Positions 10,535-11,018 of a stretch of DNA of 11,018 bases are shown here, piece by piece. Within the stretch, counting starts at the first letter, position 1, and every line of letters starts with the position of its first letter. The DNA is from a bacterium. Its GTDB lineage: Bacteria > SAR324 > NAC60-12. The DNA lies in NCBI GenBank assembly GCA_965233585.1, contig CBDDTI010000505.1, forward strand, positions 1 to 11,018. Direction: 5' to 3'. The translations under genes were made by a program, and so were the position numbers. The notes under the pieces are model-generated. The model saw only the letters and a list, made by a program, of their open reading frames with translations. It searched no databases and was not told the DNA's origin.

Positions 10535-10729
10535 CAAGGCTAAAAAAAATTCAAGCTTGCCTCTCCTAAAAAGAGCTCTCAAATTTTGCTTGCCCTGGGC
10601 AAGTCTTGGTTTACTTACTTTGAATGCCTAATTAGTTGGAGGACGACTTCCTTGGGGCCTTGCCCATTGGGCAAGTGGGAATGAATCTACTTGTCCAAGA
10701 CAAATGGACAGCACTTTTTTCAAGCCCCG
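10535..10729. mobile_element. Degraded hAT-like MITE with cttgccc/gggcaagt internal motifs
   Basis: Imperfect ends caaggctaaaaaaaa / ttttttcaagccccg; internal palindromes cttgccctgggcaag and cttgcccattgggcaag. No TSD recognisable. Confidence 0.4.
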
Positions 10730-11018
10730 GACTCTAGTCATTAAGGAAGAGAACATAAAAAAAATATGGCTTCACCCCCCAATAGACGCTTTAGCCACAT
10801 TTTATTGTTGTGGGAGCATACGAACAATACACAATAGCCTCCTTCACAAAGATTTACTTGTCAAAGCAAGAAAGGGTGATTACTGACCGGGACCTTGATT
10901 TGGGAAGATCTTCATGCGAATTTTCCTTCAATACATAGTTACACAGTATGTGCGACTTCAAGACTTGCTTTGTGTGTGACCTGTTCATTTGGTCGCCAGT
11001 AAAGATTGGAATTTTGGA

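Overview
Eukaryotic, repeat-dense, AT-rich DNA; the repeat style suggests a marine invertebrate, probably a stony coral (inference). None of the supplied ORFs is an intact gene. Contents: (1) a probable terminal coding exon of an unidentified + strand gene (272-521); (2) an intron-retaining, multiply disabled NUBP2/Cfd1 pseudogene on + (clear exons 7015-10235, weaker 5' remnants from 5527); (3) several non-autonomous DNA transposons: hAT-like with a 5-bp TSD, Kolobok-like TTAA, PIF/Harbinger TTA, an 8-bp-TSD MITE and nested CC(C)AGGGG elements; (4) a tRNA-derived SINE fragment. The most striking region is 2849-5031, a tight cluster of seven non-coding elements or fragments from six sequence-unrelated families. 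The complete ones share one architecture: a long terminal hairpin plus an inverted-repeat-bounded body. Their hairpin mismatches read largely as tandem GA/GA pairs, and the intact tips are GNA triloops, on one strand only. Where the body survives, that strand carries the hairpin at its 5' end. This suggests a mobile system acting on a strand-specific ssDNA fold.
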